Assembly: GCA_030704615.1 (NCBI GenBank)
Contig: CM060732.1
Coordinates: forward strand, 63,984,001-64,048,000
DNA from: Takakia lepidozioides
Lineage: Eukaryota > Plantae > Bryophyta
Reading direction: 5' to 3'
DNA length: 64,000 nt
The notes beneath the pieces are model-generated. The model did no database searches and was not told where the DNA came from. It was given only the letters and a program-made list of their open reading frames with translations. Below, piece after piece: positions 25,394 through 38,612 of the stretch. The position numbers and the translations under genes are program-made. How positions within the stretch are numbered: position 1 is the stretch's first letter; the number at the start of each line of letters is the position of its first letter.

Positions 25394-26115
25394 TGTCGCG
25401 CACCTCACTTCGGTAAGCTCCTCTTCAAGTCATAGGTAGTCGCTTTGATGCGCGCGCTTAACTCCCGACCTGGCCGCCGGGCCAACTCGGAGCTTCGGCT
25501 GCTCACCGGGACATAACGGTCCCCCTTTACTCTTCCGAAAGACCCTCCACCAATTTGGGCCTAGTGGAAATTCCCTTTGGTAGATGGTAGTCCGGAATAG
25601 CTCCCATTTCCTTGGTCGCTTTCCGGCTCGTTCATTTACTCACTAGTTTTTGGTCACCAACGGGCTTGCACCGTTCTCGGGGTTACTACTCCCTATATAT
25701 ACTTCTGTGACTGTCCGCGGGGGTTTCACAAACAACCCTGCCATTTTATGGCGAACCACCACGAAGACCCTCGACTCCCGGTGATGAGTCGCGGTGAGTC
25801 TTGGCCCACCCACCACAGCCCCATTGGACCGTGATGAGTCCCAAGACTCCCCACGACTCCCACCACAAGGTCTCCGTCCCATGGTGAGTCCTATGCCACC
25901 CCCACTAAGTCCCACTAAGCTACCACCTTGTGGAGCCACCCCCATCGCAACCCGGTGTGCGGGGCTCCACCTAGTGAGCACCTCCGCCTCCTTGAGTGCC
26001 TTGGGCACTCAAGGGTGCTTCAGCCCCCCCATACCTATCGCTGCCACTGCCCCCACCACAGGGGCATCCCCTCTTGCGTCCCGACCCCCTGCCCTCAAGG
26101 CACAGGGCCGTGACA
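25394..26115 (-). repeat. LTR A (3' LTR of outer element)
   Basis: ~720 bp, TGTC...GACA termini. TATA-like TATATATAGGG on the minus strand at ~25691-25701. PPT-like GGTAGGGGTGTG adjacent at 26116-26127. Confidence 0.95.
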
Positions 26116-27045
26116 CACACCCCTACCAACATGGAGTCGATGTCCTCATTGACTTGTCCATTTTGTAGAAACGAACATCCAAGTTGTGGCGTCCGACATC
26201 AAGGAGTTTGTTTCCGTACCATGGCGTCCCATGGCAAAGACCCAAACCCCCACTTGACTGAACTCTCCACTAGCTAGTTCGGCCGACTTCCTCCAAGTCC
26301 CGGCCAAGGGTGGAGTTTCTCAAGCTCCTCCCAGTGCACTCTTCTTGGCCCACTTCAAGGCCAAGGAACGATCCTCCCCGATGATCGAATCGCCTTACTG
26401 CAACAACATTGCTTGCGACCGCTCATGCTGCCACTTTTGGCATCACCTTGAGCAAGGGTTAACCTTGAACCCCTTTTTTACTAGGAGGATAACCTTGAAC
26501 CAACTGTGCGCCCCAATCACTACAATTGGGTCCGCCTTGGAATGCTGGCCTGAGGTACGGGAACACGCCAAAGCCGCACTACGACTTCGTCCCGAGGCTA
26601 CACAATTATAGTACGTGAAAGGAAACACGTGGCTTCCGCGTTAACCCGCACTACAAGGCAACCCCCCTCGGTAGCGCAGTTATAGTACGCGCACGCGCCA
26701 CGTGCGCACTAGCACGTGAACTCCCAAAGAATGCGCAAATTTCCTTGCCTCTTGGATGTGAGTCACCCGATTTCGGCACTACGCAAACACACGATTAATC
26801 CAATTTACCTCTCCCACTTTTGTAAGCTAGCATGCATTCTACACACTAGCCAACCATACCATGCATCACCATTCCAAACAAAATATGACGCACATCATTT
26901 GGAAACCATTTCATTTATAACAAAATTTGTACAATACAAGTTTTTGCAATCGGATTCCTCAGCTAGCTAAGCCAGGCTAAGCATGCATTTCCTCCCCCAC
27001 GCTCCAAGGTTGATGTCCCCATCAATGCTTCTTCCGCTTTTGAGG

Positions 27046-30000
27046 TCACCCTTCGAAAGCTACAACCGCCTCGGATGCGTTTCCCATTTCTGAGGCACGC
27101 ACCCAAGATGCCTCCACATGATGATAGCCCTTCCATTTCACGAGATACTCCGTTTCTCGATTCTTGAACCTCCTCGACGTAAGCACTGCCTTCACCTCGT
27201 ACTCATGTTCATTTTCATGATCCAACAGCACAGGTGGCGGACGCAACACTTGATGCCGATTCGGACGCGCTTCATCTTTGAAATAAGGCTTCAAAATGGA
27301 GACGTGGAATACTGGATGCACCTTGCTGTTTGCCGGCAGCACACATCCTCATTCATAACCTTCCGGATGCGAAAGGGTCCCGCATACGCTGATACGAACT
27401 TCGGACTCACTTCTGGAGGTAGTCGAAAATTCTTGATGTTCAACCACACCTCCGTACCTGCCTCAAACTTAACTTCCCTCCATTTCCGATTCGTCTGCCG
27501 TTCATACCGTTTCCTAGCTTTGGCAATTTTGTACTTTGCGAGCTTCAACAAACGTTTGCATTCTTCTAGCACCGCTGCTACTGCCGGTTCCTCAACGTCT
27601 TGGGCAGCCCAATTTGTCGGCACCAGAGGCGCTTTTCCATAGACCAATACGAAAGGGGAAACTCCCGTTGCGAAGTGTTTTGTGTTATTATAACAGAACT
27701 CTGTCGCATCCAAGTGCTCCACCCAGTCCGATTGGTCTGCCGACACGTAATTCCGCAAGATCTACTTCACCACGGAATCCTTTCCGTTTGGCCGTCCGTC
27801 GTAGGTTGGAAGGCGGTGCTCATCTTGAGCCTCGTCCCCATTTTCTTCCAAAGTGCCCTCCAAAACTTACTTGTAAACTTTGGATCGCGGTCCGAGACAA
27901 TATCCTTCGGGAGTCCATGATGCTTGAAGACGTGGGCAAAGTAAAGTCGCCCCGTCTCCTGCGTCGTTGCCGTCTCCTTGGTAGGGATGAAATGGCCCAT
28001 TTTACTGAACCTATCCACCACTACCATGATTGCATCGAATCCTTTTGACAATGGCATAGCAGTTATGAAATCCATCGAGATACTTCCCCAAGACCCCTAT
28101 GGAATCGGCAAGGGTTGTAACAGCCCCGCTTGTTTTTTGTATTCGCTCCGGTTTTGTTGGCATGTGGTGCATGTCTTGACATATCCCTCGGCCTCCTCCC
28201 TTAGTTTGGGCCAGAAATATTCTTTCTTCAGGAGTGTCGCAGTGCGCTTGGCTCCGCCGTGGCCCGCAAGCGGGCCATCATGGCATTCTCTCAAGAGACT
28301 ATCTCTGATCCCTCCCATCGGCACGTAGAGACGCTTTTGCTTGTACCGGAGCAGTCCATTTTGCAAGTGGAACTGCGATTTAACCCCATCCTCAAGTCCT
28401 ACATCACGGACTTCACCATCTCGTCCTTCCGGATCTTCCTTTGGAGCGCCGTCTTGCCCCTGTACACCAACATGAGCTGCTGCTTTCTACTTAGAGCATC
28501 GGCCACCACATTGTTCCATCTCAGTTATCCACGTCGAACACCGCCAAAGTATCCTGCCACCTAAGTTGTTTTGGGGACAACTTAGGCTGTGTGGCCAAAT
28601 ACTTCACCGTGAACACCTTCACCGGGTTGGAACCAATATAGTGGCGCCAAAGCTCAAGGCAATGCACCACCGCCTTCATTTCTTTCTCGTGCGTTGGCCA
28701 CCGTCGCTCCACTTCATTCAGTTTCTTACTTTTGTAAGCCACTGGACGTCCATCCTGCATGAGTACACCTCCAATCGCGAAGTCCGACGCATCCGTATGA
28801 ATCTCACATGGACGGTCGAACTCCGGGATTTTTAGGACTGGAGCTTCCGCCATCCGCTGCTTCAACTCGGCAAAAGCTTGGCCACAAAAGGTGTTCCATA
28901 TCCATACTCGTGCATTGGCTACTGTTGCTCCACTTCATTCAGTTTCTTACTTTTGTAAGCCACTAGACGTCCATCCTATATGAGTACACCTCCAATCGCG
29001 AAGTCCGATGCATCCGTATGAATCTCAAATGGACGGTCGAACTCCGGGATTTTAGGACTGGAGCTTCCGCCATCCGCTACTTCAACTCGGCAAAAGCTTG
29101 GCCACAAAAGGTGTTCTATACCCATACCTTGGATTTACACAGAAGGTCCGACAGCGGCCCCGCGATCTTGGCGAAATTTCTCACATACTTTCGGTAATAT
29201 GAGACAAGTTCTAGGAAGGATCGCACTCCCGGGACCGAAGTCGGAGGCTCCCAGTCCAAGATCGCCCTCACCTTTCTGTCATCCATTTTGAACCCATCCT
29301 GTGTAATTACATGCCCTAGGAACTCTACTTTTGTGACCCCAAATTTGCACTTTGAAGCTTTGGCATACAGCTTCCCTTCCCGCAATTTCTGGAACACCCT
29401 TTTGAGGTGCTCCAGGTGCTCACGAACTTCACCATTTGCGAGATCGATGGAGTGGATCTCATTTTGGGGATGACCTTTTTGAGCAAATCCAGAGCGGTCA
29501 TAGATGGCCGCAAGAGAGTAGTCACGCTACCGTGTGAGAATGGTGGCGAAGTTTTACGAGTTTCGGAAACGCCCAACCTAGTGGGATGGCGAATAAACCT
29601 GCTATCAACAAATGAGTGGACCGTGGAGGAGCCACATGAGCCCCAGTTTTTGCTTTACATAAGACAAGTGAAGGGAGAAGGCGATAGGGAGCCGAGCCCA
29701 GATTGGATCAAGGAGATTTTGGAGAAATACCAGTATGTGATGCCAGAGGATTTACCTAACGGCTTGCCACCGCGAAGAGGAGTTGACCACAAGATTGAGG
29801 TGATACCGGGATCGGAGCCGCCTGCCAAGGCGCCTTATCGGTTGAGCCACAGAGAGTTGGTCGAGCTGAAGGCTCAGCTTAAGGACCTAATGTCAAAGGG
29901 TTACATCCGACCGAGTGAGTCACCCTACGGAGCCCCGGTGCTATTCGCAGACAAGAAGGATGGGACGTTGCGGATGTGTGTCGATTATAGGGCTCTAAAT

Positions 30001-31590
30001 AAGGTGACTATCAGGAACCGGTACCCTTTGCCAAGGATCGACGACCTCTTCGATCAGTTGGCAGGAGCGAAGTATTTCAGCCGGATCGATTTGCGCTCCG
30101 GCTACCATCAAATCCGAGTGGCGAAAGGAGATGAGGAGAAAACCGCGTGCATGACAAGATATGGTTCGTATGAGTTCTTGGTGATGCCTTTTGGATTCAC
30201 CAACGCACCCGCGACCTTTAGCACGCTAATGAACAACCTTTTCCAGGAGTGATTGGATGACTTTGTAATCGTGTACATCGACGACATCTTGGTGTACTCG
30301 AAAACAAAGTGTTTCCTCCCAACCCCAGTTGAAGAGGAACATCGAACGCCAACCTCGTCGCCAATTGTGGTTCTCCTTTGGCAGAACGCACCTCAATAGA
30401 GGCCCCCACGTCACTTGTCGGGAGCCCCAGCTTTCGTGCCGTTGCCAGTGTCATGAAGGAGTGCGACGCTCCTATGTCCACCAACAACGACACGTTAGTT
30501 CCGGAAATTATCCCATCCACGAACATTAACTGACTTCTTTTACGCAAGGCGTCAGTTTCCTGATACAACTCACAAATGTAGTTGCCTACCTTGCAAGTCT
30601 TGGCGACCACCGCCTCCACCAAGCGGCTGATTGAATCTTCGGACAGCTCCGTGGCCGTTCGAGTCATGTTCAATTGTCGGGGTTTCGTGCACTTCTTGGC
30701 CATGTGCCCGGGTTCCCCGCAATTGAAACACACTCCATCGAAGGTCGCCTTCTATCCGCCATAAGCCGTCGCACCTGCTTTTCTTTTCGGAGCACCGGGT
30801 GCCGCCTTGACTTGTGAAGGCCCTCCCTTCGATTTCCATGTACCATTGTCACCGCGTGGCCTATCCCACTTTTTTTCCGGGCGGAAGGAGTCACCCTCCC
30901 GTTGGGCCTTCTTGTGGTTCAACTCCGTATGGCCTTGTCTTTCGTCCCTAGGGACATCCGAGAAACATTCAGCCCTCTCAATTGCCTCGTTCAAAGTCTT
31001 AGGTGGCTTCTCCTCCAACTTCCGCCTGGCCCATGGGGCCAGTCCCGCCACCAAGTTGAAGACCATTTCTGGTTCTTCCATGTCTGCGACTTCGAGCAAC
31101 AACACATTGAACGCCTGAACATATCCCCGAATGTCATCCGTTTGCTTCAAATTACCACTTCCACCCGATCCTCGTCACTCAACTTGGCCGCCCGGAAGTA
31201 CTGCTCTAGCTCTAAGAGCCAGGTTTTGAGTGCCTTCCGATTTTGGACGGCCTCGAAGGTGCCGGGTTCCTTAGGCTTCACCTTAAATTTTGCCTTAGTA
31301 GAAGTGGCATTAGCCACCTTCAACATGTTTTTCAACATCCCGCCAAACTGCGCCAACAACCCTTCCCAAAAGACTGCTGGCATGGGAGGAATCTGTTGGT
31401 CTGTCGGAGCTCTCAGGAATTCCTCGGGCTCCGACTCCTCAGATTCATCCCGTTCTTGAGCGGCCTCACTTTCAAAAGCATGCATCGCTTCCTCAAATGG
31501 CCGCTTCGGTGACACGTCACCCCCATCGGGCTCACCAGGATCATCATCTTTCGGGCCGTTCCGCTTTCGCTTTGGCTTGCCCGGCCCCAT
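27046..31590 (-). pseudogene. gag-pol of outer chromovirus (deletions, duplication, inversion)
   Basis: ORF pieces: gag, CFNCGEPGHMAKKC zinc knuckle, protease LVDIGAS, RT (inverted, on + strand 29407-30300, YIDD at ~30274), RNase H TDASDFAIG, integrase HHCC and SMDF/SDRD, GPF, chromodomain YEVKAVL...YLVKWKGY...SW. Confidence 0.93.
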
Positions 31591-31615
31591 GATGAGGCCG
31601 ATCCCAAGGACGATC

Positions 31616-32339
31616 TGTCGCGCACCTCACTTTGGTAAGCTCCCCCTCAAGTCATAGTTACTCGCTTGATGCGCGCGCCTAACTCCCAACCTGGCCGCCG
31701 GGCCAACTGGGAGCTTCGGTTGCTCACCGGGACATAACGGTCCCCCCTTGATCTCCCAAAGAACCCTCCAACGATTTAGAACCAGTGGAATTCCCTTTGG
31801 TAGTTGGCAGTCCGGAATAGCTCCCCTTTCTTTGGTCGCTTTCCGGCTCGCTCGCTTATTCACTAGTTTTTGGTCACCAACGGGCTTGCACCATTCTCGG
31901 GGTTACTACTCCCTATATATACTTCTGTGACTGTCCGCGGGGGTTTCACAAACAACCCTGCCATTTTATGGCGAACCACCACGAAGACCCTCGACTCCCG
32001 GTGATGAGTCGCGGTGAGTCTTGGCCCACCCACCACGGCCCCATTGGACCGTGATGAGTCCTAAGACTCCCCACGACTCCCACCACCAGGTCTCCGCCCC
32101 ATGGTGAGTCCTATGCCACCCCCACTAAGTCCCGCTAAGCTACCACCACCCCTTGTGGAGCCACCCCCATCGCAACCCGGTGTGTGGGGCTCCACCTAGT
32201 GAGCACCTCCGCCGCCTTGAGTGCCTTGGGCACTCAAGGGTGCTTCAGCCCCCGTACCTATCGCTGCCACTGCCCCCACCACAGGGGCAGCCCCTCTTGC
32301 GTCCCGACCCCCTGCCCTCAAGGCAAAAGGGCCGCGACA
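31616..32339 (-). repeat. LTR B (3' LTR of inner element)
   Basis: TGTC...GACA termini, homologous to LTRs A/C/D, PPT-like tract adjacent. Confidence 0.95.
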
Positions 32340-33266
32340 TACACCCCTACCAAAAGAGAGTCGATGTCATCATCGGCTTGTATTTTGGGGAAACGAACAT
32401 CCAAGTTGTTGCGTCCCACATCAAGGAGTTTGTTTCCGTACCATGGCGTCCCATGGCAAAGAACCAAACCCCACACTTGACTCTACTCTCCACTAGCTAG
32501 TTCGGCCGACTTCCTCCAAGTCCCGGCCAAGGGTGGAGCCTCTCAAGCTCCTCCCAGTGCACTCTTCTTGGCCTACTTCAAGGCCAAGGAACGATCCTCC
32601 CCGAGGATCGAATCGCCTTACTGCAACATTATTGCTTGCGACCGCTCATGATGCCACTTTTGGCATCTTCTTGAGCAAGGGTTCACCTCGAACCCTCTTT
32701 GACTAGGAAGATAACCTTGAACCAACCGCGCACCCCAATCACTACAATTGGGTCCACCTTGGAATGCTGGCCTGAGGTACGGGAACACGCCGAAGCCGCA
32801 CTACGACTTCGTCCCGAGGCTACACGATTATAGTACGTGAACGGAAGCACATAGCTTCCGCGTTAGCCCGCACTACAAAGCAAACCCCTTGGTAGCGCTG
32901 TTATAGTATGCGCATGCGCCAGATGCGCACTAGCACGTGAACTCCTAAAGAAGACGCAAGTTTCCTTGCCCCTTGGATGGGAGTCACCCGATTTCGGCAC
33001 TACACAAACATACGATTAACCCAATTTACCTCTCCCACTTTTGTAAGCTAGCATGCATTCTACACACTAGCCAACCACACCATGCATCACCATTCCAAAC
33101 AAAATAGGACGCACAACATTTAGAACCCATTTCCTTTATAACAAATTTTTGTACAATACAAGTTTTTGCAATCGGATTCCTGAGCTAGCTAGGCCGGGCT
33201 AAGCATGCATTTCCTCCCCCACGCTCCAAGGTTGATGTCCCCATCAACGCTTCTTCCGTTTTTGAG

Positions 33267-36200
33267 GTCGCCCTTCGAAGACTGCAACCGCCTCGGATGC
33301 GTTTCTCATTTCTGAGGCACGCACCCAAGATGCCTCCACATGATGATAGCCTTCCATTTGATGAGATACTCCGTTTCTCGGTTCTTGAACCTCCTCGACT
33401 TAAGTACTGCCTCCACCTCATACTCAGGTTCAATTTCATGATCCAACAGCACAGGTGGCGGACGCAACACTTGATGCCGATTCGGACGCGCTTCATCTTT
33501 GAAGTAAGGCTTCAAAAGGGAGACGTGGAATACTGGATGCACCTTGCTGTTTGCCGGCAGCTCCAATTCATACACATCCTAATTCATAACCTTCCGGATG
33601 CGAAAGGGTCCCGCATATGGAGGTACAAACTTTGGACTCACTTCCGGAGGTAGTCAGAAATTCTTGATGTTCAACCAGACCTCCGTGCCTGCCTCAAACT
33701 TCACTTCCCTCCGCTTCCGATTCGCCTGCCTTTCATACCGTTTCCTAGCTTTGGCAATGTTGTACTTTGCGACCTTCAACAAACGCTCGCGTTCTTCCAG
33801 TACCGCCGCTACTGCCGGTTCCTCAACGTCCTGGGCGGCCCAACTTGTCGGCACCAGAGGTGCTTTTCCATAGACCAATACGAAAGGGGAAACTCCCGTT
33901 GCGGAGTGTTCTGTGTTATTATAATAGAACTCTGCCGCGTCTAAGTGTTCCACCCAGTCTGTTTGGTTTGCCGACACGTAATTCCGCAAGATCTGCTTCA
34001 CTACGGAATTCACTCTTTCCATTTGGCCGTCGGTCGTAGGTCGGAAGGCGGTGCTCATCTTCAGCCTCGTCCCCATCTTCTCCAAAGTGCCCTCCAAAAT
34101 TTACTCGTAAACTTTGGATCGCGGTTCGAGACAATATCCTTCGGGACTCCATGATGCTTTAAGACGTGGGCAAAGTAAAGTCGCCCTGTTTCCTGTGCCG
34201 TTGCCGTCTCCTTGGTGGGGATGAAATGGCCTATTTTACTGAACCTATCCACCACCACCATGATGGCATCGAATCCTTTTGACAGCGGCATAGCAGTCAT
34301 GAAATCCATCGAGACGCTTTCCCAAGTCCCTTTTGGAATCGGCAAGGGTTGTAACAGCCCCGCTTGCTTTTTGTACTCGCTCCGATTTTGTTGGCATGTG
34401 GTGCATGTCTTGACATACTCCTCTGCCTCCTCCCTCAGTTTGGGCCAAAAATACTCTTTCTTCAAGAGTGCCGCAGTGCGCTTGGCTCCGCCGTGGCCCG
34501 CAAGCAGGCTATCATGGCATTATCTCAAGAGGCTATCTCTGATCCCTCCCTTCGGCACGTAGAGACGCTTTTGCTTATACCGGAGCAATCCATTTTGCAA
34601 GTGGAACTGCGATTTAACCCCCATCCTCAAGTCTTGCATCACGGACTTCGCTAGCTCATCCTTCCGGCAAGCCTTCCGGATCTTCCTTTGGAGCGCCGTC
34701 TCGCCCCTGTACACCAACAAAAGCTGCTGCTTTCTACTTAAGGCATCGACCACCACGTTGTCCTGTCCCGGTTTGTACTGGATATCCACGTTGAACACCG
34801 CCAAAGTATCTTGCCACCTAAGTTGTTTTGGGGACAACTTGGGCTGCGTGGTAAAATACTTCACCGTGACATTGTCCGTGAACACCTTCACTGGGTTGGA
34901 ACCAACATAGTGGCGCCAAAGCTCAAGACAGTGCACCACCGCCTTCATCTCTTTCTCGTGCGTCGGCCACCGTCGCTCCACTTCATTCAGTTTCTTACTT
35001 TCGTAAGCCACTAGACGTCCATCTTGCATCAGTCTACCCCCAATCGCGAAGTCCGACACATCTGTATGAATCTCGAACAGATGATCGAACTCCGGGATTT
35101 TCAAGACTGGAGCTTCCGCCATCCGCTGCTTCAATTCAGCAAAAGCTTGGCCACAAAAGGTGTTCCATGCCCAGACTTTGGATTTACACAGAAGGTCTGA
35201 CAGCGGCCCCGCGATCTTGGCAAATTTCTCACATACTTCCGGTAGTAGGAGGCGAGTCCTAGGAAGGATCGCACTCCCGGGACCGAAGTCGGAGGCTCCC
35301 AGTCCAAGATTGCCCTCACCTTCCTGTCATCCATTCTGATCCCATCCTGTGTAATCACATGCCCCAGAAACTCCACTTTTGTGACCCCGAATTCGCACTT
35401 TGAAGCTTTGGCATACAGCTTCCCTTCCCGCAATTTCTGGAACACCCTTTTGAGGTGCTCCAGGTGCTCCTCCTTTGTTTTCGAATACACCAAGATGTCG
35501 TCGATGTACACGATCACAAAGTCATCCAACCACTCCTGGAAAAGGCTGTTCATCAGCGTGCTAAAGGTCGCGGGAGCGTTGGTGAGTCCAAAAGGCATCA
35601 CCAAGAACTCATATGAACCATACCTTGTCCTGCACGCGGTCTTCTCCTCATCTCCTTCCGCCACTCGAATTTGATGATAGCCGGAGCGCAGATCGATCCG
35701 GCTGAAATACTTCTCTCCTGCCAACCGATCGAAAAGGTCGTCGATCCTTGGCAAAGAGTACCGGTTTTTTATAGTCACTTTATTCAAAGCCCTGTAATCG
35801 ACACACATCCGCAGCGTCCCATCCTTCTTGTATGCGAATAGCACCGGGGCTCCGTAAGGTGATTTACTCGGCCGGATGTACCCCTTTGACATTAGATCTT
35901 TGAGCTGAGTCTTCAGCTCGACCAACTCTCTGTGGCTCAATCGGTAGGGCGCCTTGGCAGGCGGTTCCGATCCTGGTATCACCTCAATCTTGTGGTCAAC
36001 TCCTCTTCGCGGTGGCAAGCCGCTTGGTAAATCCTCCGGCATTACATCCTGGTATTTCTCCAAAATCCCCTTGATCCAATCTGGGCTTGGCTCCCCATCG
36101 CCTTCTCCTTTCACTTCTCTAATATAGAGCAAAAACTGGGGCTCGTGTGCCTCCTCCACGACCCACTCCCTTGCTGACAGGAGGTTTTTTTGCCCTCCCA

Positions 36201-37797
36201 CGGGTTTGGGCGTTTCCGACACTCGTAATACCTCGCCACCATTCCCACATGGCAGCGTGACTACTCTCTTGTGGCCATCTATGATCGCTCCGGATCTGCT
36301 CAAAAAGGTCATCCCCAAAATGAGATCCACTCCATCGATCTCGCAGATGGTGAAGTTCTCACGTCCCTCCCAACTCCCTAGTTGAAGAGGAACATCAAAC
36401 GCCAACCTTGTCGCCAATTGCGGTTCTCTTTTGGCAGAACGCACCTCAATAGAGACCCCCACGTCACTTGTCGGGAGTCCCAGCTTTTGTGCTGTTGCCG
36501 GTGTCATGAAGGAGTGCGACGCTCTTGTGTCCACCAACAACGACACGTTAGTTCCGGATATTATCCCATCCACGAAACTGACTCCCTTTACGTAAGGCGC
36601 CAGTTTCCTGATACAACTCACAAGAAAATTTGCCTACCTTGCAAGTCCTGGCAACCACCGCTTCCACCAAGCGACTGATGGTATCTTCCGACAGCTCTGT
36701 GGTCGTTCGAGTCATGTTCAATTGCCGGGGCTTCATGCACTTCTTGGCCATGTGCCCGGGCTCCCCGCAATTGAAACACACTCCATCAAAGGTCGCCTTC
36801 TGTCCGCCATAAGCTGCTCCACCCGCTTTTCCTTTCGAAGCACCGGGTGCCGCCTTGACTTGTGAAGGCCCTCCCTTCGATTTCCACGTGCCATTGTCGC
36901 CGCGTGGCCTATCCCACTTCTTTTCCGGTCGGAAGGAGTCACCTTCCCGCCGGGTCTTCTTGTGGTTCAGCTCCGTACGGCCTTGTCTTTCACCCTTAGG
37001 GACATCCGAGAAACATTCAGCCCTCTCAATTGCCTCGTTCAAAGTCTTAGGTGGCTTCTCCTCCAACTTCCGCCTGGCCCATGGGGCTAGTCCCGCCACA
37101 AAGTTGAAGACCATTTCTGGTTCTGCCATGTCCGCGACTTCGAGCAACAGGAAATTGAAAGCCTGGACATATCCCCGAATGTCATCTGTTTGCTTCAAAT
37201 TCCTCATCTTGTCCCGGGCGAGCCAGGACGCGTTGAGGGGCACAAACTGCCTCTTCATCAATTCCTTGAACCCACTCTAGTTCAAGGTTTCCGGGCTTGG
37301 ACCTCGGTCGTGAAGGCGTTTCTACCACCATTGTTGAGCATAGCCCCTCAAATAGGTGGGAGCCACTTCCACCCGATCCTCGTCACTCAACTTGGCCGCC
37401 CGGAAGTACTGCTCCAGCTCCAAAAGCCAGGTGTTGAGTGCCTTCCGATTTCGGACGCCCTCGAAGGTGCCGGGTTCCTTCGGCTTCACCTTAAACTTTG
37501 CCTTAGTGGGAGTGGTATTAGCCGCCTTCAACACGTCTTTCAACGTCCCGCCAAATTGCGCCAACAACCTTCCCAAAAGGCTGCCGGCATGGGAGGCATC
37601 TGTTGGTCGGTCGGAGCTCTCAAGGATTCCTCAGGCTCCGACTCCTCAGATTCCTCCCGCTCTTGAGCGGCCTCGTTTTCGGAAACATGCATCGCTTCCT
37701 CAAACGGCCGCCTCGGTGACACGTCGCCCCCATCGGGCTCACCAGGATCATTATCTTTTGGGCCGTTCCGCTTTCGCTTTGGCTTGCCCGACCCCAT
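33267..37797 (-). pseudogene. gag-pol of inner chromovirus (several frameshifts and stops)
   Basis: ORFs 37540-37851, 37322-37576 and 36548-37261 (gag, CCHC), 35131-36621 (PR, RT with YIDD), 34520-35134 (RNase H), 34061-34465 and 33654-34097 (integrase), 33306-33575 (chromodomain). Confidence 0.95.
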
Positions 37798-37838
37798 GAT
37801 GAGGCCAATCCCAAGGACGATCGCGTACTGAACTCTAA

Positions 37839-37850
37839 GCTCTGATACCA
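37839..37850 (-). promoter_or_regulatory. Primer-binding site (initiator Met tRNA), inner element
   Basis: TGGTATCAGAGC on the minus strand, 2 nt from LTR C. Confidence 0.92.
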
Positions 37851-37852
37851 AG

Positions 37853-38577
37853 TGTCACGCACCTCACTTCGGTAAGCTCCCCCCTCAAGTCATAGTTACT
37901 CGCTTGATGCGCGCGCCTAACTCCCAACCTGGCCGCCGGGCCAACTTGGAGCTTCGGCTGCTCACCGGGACATAACGGTCCCCCCTTGATCTCCCAAAGA
38001 ACCCTCCAACGATTTAGAACCAGCGGAATTCCCTTTGGTAGTTGGCAGTCCGGAACAGCTCCCCACTCTTTGGTCGCTTTCCGGCTCGCTCGCTTACTCA
38101 CTAACTTTTGGTCACCAACGGGCTTGCACCGTTCTCGGGGTTACTACTCCCTATATATACTTCTGTAGCTGTCCGCGGGGGTTTCATAAACAACCATGCC
38201 ATTTTATGGCGAATCACCACGAAGACCCTCGACTCCTGGTGATGAGTCGCGGTGAGTCTTGGCCCACTCACCACGGCCCCTATGGACCGTGATGAGTCCC
38301 AAGACACCCACGACTCCCACCACGAGGTCTCCGCCCCAGGGTGAGTCCTATGCCACCCCCACTAAGTCCCGCTAAGCTACCACCACCCCTTGTGGGGCCA
38401 CCCCCACCGCAACCCGGTGTGCGGGGCTCCACCTAGCGAGCGCCTCCGCCTCCTTGAGTGCTTTGGGCACTCAAGGGTGCTTCAGCCCCCCCATACCTAT
38501 CGCTGCCACTGCCCCCACCACAGGGGCGGCCCCTCTTGTGTCCCGACCCCTTGCCCTCAAGGCAAAGGGCCGCGACA
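37853..38577 (-). repeat. LTR C (5' LTR of inner element)
   Basis: TGTC...GACA termini, adjacent PBS. Confidence 0.95.
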
Positions 38578-38598
38578 CGATCGCGTACTGAACTCTAA

Positions 38599-38610
38599 GC
38601 TCTGATACCA
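38599..38610 (-). promoter_or_regulatory. Primer-binding site (initiator Met tRNA), outer element
   Basis: TGGTATCAGAGC on the minus strand, 2 nt from LTR D. Confidence 0.92.
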
Positions 38611-38612
38611 AG

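Larger units (their letters stand above)
31616..38577 (-). mobile_element. Nested full-length Ty3/gypsy chromovirus (inner element, same family)
   Basis: LTRs at 31616-32339 and 37853-38577. TSD CGATC (31611-31615, 38578-38582). Removing it rejoins the outer leader ccaagga-cgatc-gcgtactg. Confidence 0.95.

Noticed and set aside
25643-26277. Pro-rich ORFs within and next to the LTRs (also 32153-32500, 38390-38605)
   Set aside because: Frames are not conserved between the four LTRs; a by-product of GC-rich sequence.
36548-36621. Programmed gag/pol frameshift in the inner element
   Set aside because: The outer copy reads through in one frame (ALRKRSQLMFVDG); the inner copy simply has a small deletion.
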